Source: an uncultured Solirubrobacteraceae bacterium (GTDB taxonomy: Bacteria; Actinomycetota; Thermoleophilia; Solirubrobacterales; Solirubrobacteraceae). Taken from it: 64,000 nt of DNA. The stretch is from NCBI GenBank assembly GCA_963714215.1, contig CAVQNP010000007.1, forward strand, positions 278,544 through 342,543, given 5' to 3'. Shown here in pieces: positions 59,855 through 64,000 of the stretch. The notes beneath the pieces are model-generated. The model did not search any database and was not told the DNA's origin. It saw nothing but the letters and a program-made list of their open reading frames with translations. The stretch's first letter is position 1; the number at the start of each line of letters is the position of its first letter. Position numbers and translations under genes: made by a program.

Positions 59855-61128
59855 GTGGCGTCCCGTGTCGGCTGAGCGTAGCCCTCGGGCAGGACCCCCC
59901 AGCGGCTGACCGCCGTCTGCACGGGGATCTCGACCATGCCACCGCTCGCTGCCAGCCCCGTCACCACGAACGACGCCTCGCGGGTGAAGCGGTCGATCAC
60001 GTCGAGGCCATCGCCGCGATGGGTGATCGTGACGATCGGGTGATAGCGCCCGGGCGCGAGCATGTTGTGCAGCGAGAAGCTGAACACGGCGAGCTCGCCC
60101 TCCTGAAAGCCGCCTGTCTGCTCGTGGTCGTGGGTCGTGGTCGCGACGACGACCGGTTGGCGATGCTCGTTGAGCAGTGTCATGCTGACCGCCGGGTCGT
60201 CGACGTGGCTGTTGAACTTCACCAGCACGTTGAGCGTGAGCGGCTCCGATTGCGGAGCCACCGAGCGACGTTCGGCGCGATCGTCGCCGATCCAAACCTC
60301 GCTGACGCGGGCAACCCCGTCGCCCATGCGTGGCGTCGCCAGCTCGTAGTCGTCGAAGCCGACCTCACGGCCAAAGGCGAGCTCCAGATAGCGGTCGGCG
60401 ACTTCGGTGGGGTCGCCCATGGCCACGACCTCGCCCCGCTCCAGCAGCATCGCTCGGTGACAGAAGCGCGTGACCGCTCCCATGTCATGTGTGACGAAGA
60501 TGATCGTGCGCCCTTCATCACGCATCCTGATGAAGACGTCGAAGCACTTCTGCTGGAAGGCCGCATCGCCGACGGCGAGCACCTCGTCGATCAGCAGGAT
60601 CTCGGCGTCGACCTGGATCGCTACTGAGAAGGCCAGGCGCACCTGCATGCCCGAGGAGTAGTTCTTCAGCTTGAGCTCTTGGAAGTCCTCGAGTTCGGCA
60701 AACTCGATCACGCTGTCGTAGCGAGCCCGCGCTTCCTTCGGTGAGAGCCCGAGCATGATCCCGTTCAGCGCGACGTTGTCGTAGGCGGCCAGGTCCATGT
60801 TGAAGCCCACGCCGAGCTCGATGAACGTCGACATCCGCCCGCGAGCCCAGATGTTGCCGGTGTCGGTGCGATAGATCCCCGCCAGGCACTTCAGCAGCGT
60901 GCTCTTGCCGCTCCCGTTGCGCCCGACGATCCCGAAGAACTCGCCAGGCGCGACCGCGAAGGAGATGTCCTTCAGAGCATCGAGTTGTTCGTGCCGTGAG
61001 CGACGCAGCGGATGCAGCGCGCGCTCCTTGAGCGTGTGGCTGCGCTCCTCGGGAATCTTGAAGCTCTTGCTGATCGATTGTGCGGCCAGCGAGGGCGGCG
61101 TTTGCTCGGCGGTGTCTTGGGAAGGCAC
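59851..61128 (-). CDS. wzt: Glycan ABC exporter ATPase with C-terminal carbohydrate-binding (Wzt-C) domain
   Basis: GRNGSGKST, YSSGMQVRLAF, IDEVLAVGDAAFQQKC; C-terminal beta domain. Confidence 0.92.
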   Translation of the reverse strand: MPSQDTAEQTPPSLAAQSISKSFKIPEERSHTLKERALHPLRRSRHEQLDALKDISFAVAPGEFFGIVGRNGSGKSTLLKCLAGIYRTDTGNIWARGRMSTFIELGVGFNMDLAAYDNVALNGIMLGLSPKEARARYDSVIEFAELEDFQELKLKNYSSGMQVRLAFSVAIQVDAEILLIDEVLAVGDAAFQQKCFDVFIRMRDEGRTIIFVTHDMGAVTRFCHRAMLLERGEVVAMGDPTEVADRYLELAFGREVGFDDYELATPRMGDGVARVSEVWIGDDRAERRSVAPQSEPLTLNVLVKFNSHVDDPAVSMTLLNEHRQPVVVATTTHDHEQTGGFQEGELAVFSFSLHNMLAPGRYHPIVTITHRGDGLDVIDRFTREASFVVTGLAASGGMVEIPVQTAVSRWGVLPEGYAQPTRDAT

Positions 61129-61177
61129 TGGAAGGCAGCGTATAGCCAGCGGATGATCGTCCGGGGCGCTGCGGCGC

Positions 61178-63361
61178 TCAGCGAGCGCGGCGCAGCAGGG
61201 TCCTGAACGGGCGCCCGAGGGCCCGCACGGCCTCATAAACACCAGCGACGGCCGCAAAGAGCGGACGGCTCAGCGCCGGTCGGCTGGTGAGCGCCAGCAG
61301 CGCGCGCTGAACGGCGTCGGGAAGCGCCCCGTTGGGCCCGATCAGTGCCAGTCCCGAGCCGACCTCGGCATTCAGCTCGTCGTACATGCGCTGGGCGTGT
61401 TCGCGCTCGCCGACGAGTTGCCTGACTTCGGCGTCGTGCTGCACGCTGAGCCGCGCTTCGCGCCTGCTCAGATCGCGGCTGAGGGTCGCCGCGTCGCGCA
61501 CCGGCGCGAGCGCCGCCTCACGGTAGATCTCGACCATCGCCGCCGCCGCCGCATCCCAGGTCAGCTCTCGTGCGCGTGCCGCGAGCGCCGCGACGTGGAT
61601 CTCGCGCGCGTCGGCGTCGGTCAGCAGCGCGTGCGTCGCCGCGGCGCTCGCGACGGCGTCCCAGGGCACGATCGTCGCCGTCTGCTGCGGCGCGGCCTCG
61701 GCGAGCGAGGCCCAGGGCGCGAACACGCACGGCACGCCGCCGAGCGCCGACTCGAACGGAACGAGACCGAAGCCCTCGTAGACCGACGGGTAGACGATCG
61801 CGCCCGCGCGCTGCATCAGCCAGGCCTTCTCGCGCTCGCTGACCGGGCCGAGCTCGACGATGGCCGGGCGCAGCTCGGGGTGCTCGCGCAGGTAGGCGCG
61901 CTCGAGCTCGACCGACGAGCCCGGCGAGATGTGCGTGCCGGCCAGCACGAGGCTGCCACGCCAGTCGTGGTGGTCGCGCAGTGCGCTCAGCAGGCGCAGC
62001 GCGAAGACGCGGTTCTTGTGCCGGAAGTCAGTGCCCAGGCACAGCAAGAAGCCGTCCTGGAGCGGCTCGGCGCCCGCCTCGCCGGCGTCCAGGTCAGTCG
62101 GGCGACGCGGCTCGCCGGGCGAGCGGTGATCGAGCCCGGGCGCCACCACGCGGACGCGCTCGCGTTCGACCAGTGCGTCGGCGACGAGCTCGCCGCGCGT
62201 GTGCTCGGAGAAGACGACCACGCGCTCGGCCGCCGAGAGGCCGTGGCGGCTTGCCGCGCGGTAGTCCTGCCAGCTGTCGGCGTCGGCGAAGTAGCCAGGA
62301 TTGCGGTAGGCGATCAGGTCGAGCTGGCTGATCACGAAGCGCTCGCCGAGCACCAGCGCGAGCTTGACGTCGCTCGGCGCGAACGTCTGCTGCGGACGAT
62401 GAAAGACGGTCGTCGTGGGCGTGTCGGCATCCAGCTCCTCGACCGCCAGCAGCTCGGTCTCGGCAAGCCCTTGCAGGAGCTCGCGCGTCGGACGGTCGAT
62501 GCGCTCGGCGCGAACGAGCAGGCGCAGGCGCAGCGCACCGGTGCGCGCCAGCGCGAGGATCAGCTCGAGTATGTGCACGTGCGTGCCCGTGATCGCGCCG
62601 TCCAGTGCGCGCGCGTCGAGCGTCACGGCCAGTCGTTGCTCAGGCGCCCGCGCGCTGCGCAGCGCCTGTGCGAGCACGTCGGAGTCGGCCAACGGCGTCG
62701 CCTGCAGGTAGGGGTAGCGCTCGCGCAGCCCGGGCGAGAGGTCGCCATCGCCGGTGCCCGGCAGCGGCGCCAGGCGCTCGACGGCGACATCGTCTGCGGC
62801 GACGTGCGTCATACCCGACAGCAGGCAGCGCTGGGCCAGGTCGAGCTCGATCGCCGCGCGCAGGTCCAGCCGCTCGTCCAGCGCCCCGACCAGCTCCAGG
62901 GCGTCGCGGCGGACGTAGATGCACGGCCCGACCGCTCTGCTCAGCCGTGGTTGCAGTGCCAGCGAGCGTTGCGCCAAGCTTTCGGCCAGGGCTGAACGGT
63001 CCTGCGTCGAGCGCTCGCGCTCGCACAACGCCAGGGGCGTGCCGAAGTCGGCCAGTGCACTGGCCGTGGCCGTGTTCGTGTCGGCGTGCGCAGCGCCGGC
63101 CAGGCGCTCGACCCAGCCCGCGCTGACGCGGCACGGCTCGTCGAGCACGATCGCGTCGGCGGGAGCGCAGCGCTCCAGTGCGCGGTTCACCTCCGCGCAG
63201 TCGCCCCTCGCCTGGACGATCTGCACGTCGCCGGATGTGTGAGCCTCCAGCGATCGCAGGCACTCGCGCAGCGGCTCGCCGCTCGCGTTGGTGGCGACGA
63301 TGACGCAGATGCCACTCGGCTGGTTGGCGCGGCGCGTCTTGGGCAGCTCGTTCATGCTCAT
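61178..63361 (-). CDS. Degenerate GT2 plus GT4 fusion with C-terminal coiled coil
   Basis: ITGTHVHILELI, QLDLIAY, GTDFRHKNR, YPSVYEGFGLVPFE; heptad-like tail. Confidence 0.82.
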   Translation of the reverse strand: MSMNELPKTRRANQPSGICVIVATNASGEPLRECLRSLEAHTSGDVQIVQARGDCAEVNRALERCAPADAIVLDEPCRVSAGWVERLAGAAHADTNTATASALADFGTPLALCERERSTQDRSALAESLAQRSLALQPRLSRAVGPCIYVRRDALELVGALDERLDLRAAIELDLAQRCLLSGMTHVAADDVAVERLAPLPGTGDGDLSPGLRERYPYLQATPLADSDVLAQALRSARAPEQRLAVTLDARALDGAITGTHVHILELILALARTGALRLRLLVRAERIDRPTRELLQGLAETELLAVEELDADTPTTTVFHRPQQTFAPSDVKLALVLGERFVISQLDLIAYRNPGYFADADSWQDYRAASRHGLSAAERVVVFSEHTRGELVADALVERERVRVVAPGLDHRSPGEPRRPTDLDAGEAGAEPLQDGFLLCLGTDFRHKNRVFALRLLSALRDHHDWRGSLVLAGTHISPGSSVELERAYLREHPELRPAIVELGPVSEREKAWLMQRAGAIVYPSVYEGFGLVPFESALGGVPCVFAPWASLAEAAPQQTATIVPWDAVASAAATHALLTDADAREIHVAALAARARELTWDAAAAAMVEIYREAALAPVRDAATLSRDLSRREARLSVQHDAEVRQLVGEREHAQRMYDELNAEVGSGLALIGPNGALPDAVQRALLALTSRPALSRPLFAAVAGVYEAVRALGRPFRTLLRRAR

Positions 63362-63441
63362 CGGGGTCCGCCGGCGGATCAGCCAGCCTAGAGCAGTCTC
63401 GCGGACGCCAGTGACATTGGGCGATAATCGAAGGAGCGCCG

Positions 63442-63723
63442 ATGACCCCCGACGATCAGATCACAGCGCAGGCACGCGTCGCCGGGCCGGTACGCGGCGC
63501 GCGCGCGCTGGCACGCAGGGCGCTGTGGCGCCTGGCGCCGGGCTATGCGCGCAGGCGCGGTCTGGCCGCCGCCGTGGAGCGTCTGCAGGCAGACTTCGAC
63601 CACGTGAGCAAGCGCCACGGAGAGCAGATCGAGCGTCTGGAGGAGCTCACGCGCGAGCTCGTCACGACCGCCGAGTCGCTACGCCGGGAGATCGCACGGC
63701 GCGAGTCCCGCGACGCGGACTGA
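63442..63723 (+). CDS. Small coiled-coil hypothetical protein
   Basis: AAGGAG RBS; ERLEELTRELVTTAESLRREI; TGATG coupling to the next gene. Confidence 0.65.
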   Translation: MTPDDQITAQARVAGPVRGARALARRALWRLAPGYARRRGLAAAVERLQADFDHVSKRHGEQIERLEELTRELVTTAESLRREIARRESRDAD

Positions 63724-64000
63724 TGCAGGTCATCACCGTCGCGACGATGAGCAGCCTGCCGCGAGCGCGCGTGCTCGCGCGCTCGCTGCGCCGCCATCAG
63801 CCCGACTGGCCGCTGAGCGTGATGCTGATCGGCCGCGAGGATGCGATCGCGGCGGCCGCGCGGGCGGAGCAGATGCTGAACGTGAGGTCGGTGTCCCAGG
63901 AGCTGGACCTCGACGTCGAGACACTGCTGGCCCGCCACGACGAGCAGGACCTGACGATCCTGCTGCTCGGCCACCTGCTGCTGCTTCACGTCGAGCGCAC
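63723..64000 (+). CDS. 5' part of a probable glycosyltransferase-associated protein (runs off the window)
   Basis: MQVITVATMSSLPRARVLARSLRRHQPDW resembles the T-x5-L-x2-ARVL-x2-S-x3-H-x-P N-terminus common in glycan-cluster GTs. Confidence 0.6.
   Translation, partial: MQVITVATMSSLPRARVLARSLRRHQPDWPLSVMLIGREDAIAAAARAEQMLNVRSVSQELDLDVETLLARHDEQDLTILLLGHLLLLHVER

Overview
Very GC-rich actinobacterial DNA. The gene repertoire suggests Thermoleophilia/Solirubrobacterales (inference). About 55 genes; no rRNA, tRNA, CRISPR array or transposase was recognised. At least 8 isolated single-base frameshifts fall in otherwise intact genes, which points to long-read sequencing error rather than decay. Left part (1-37.5 kb): regulators, several large secreted proteins (DUF3616, YCF48/BNR, choice-of-anchor D), two arylsulfotransferases, an isobutyryl-CoA-mutase-type large subunit, a P450, and an envelope module. 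That module comprises an MsrQ/ferric-reductase-like cytochrome b, a Ser-rich membrane tether and the flavin transferase ApbE, near a MacAB-like exporter and a split MprAB-like two-component system. The two-component operon looks duplicated and reciprocally deleted, leaving a 38-aa mini-regulator leader before the kinase. Related 11-bp-periodic direct-repeat boxes link these promoters. Right part (37.5-64 kb): a large surface-glycan locus with a CDP-C-methyl-deoxysugar pathway, Wzx, Wzm/Wzt, a GT-C-like protein and about 12 glycosyltransferases in alternating orientation. Leaderless promoters (-10 hexamer, 6-8 nt, start codon) are common, and at least one appears bidirectional.
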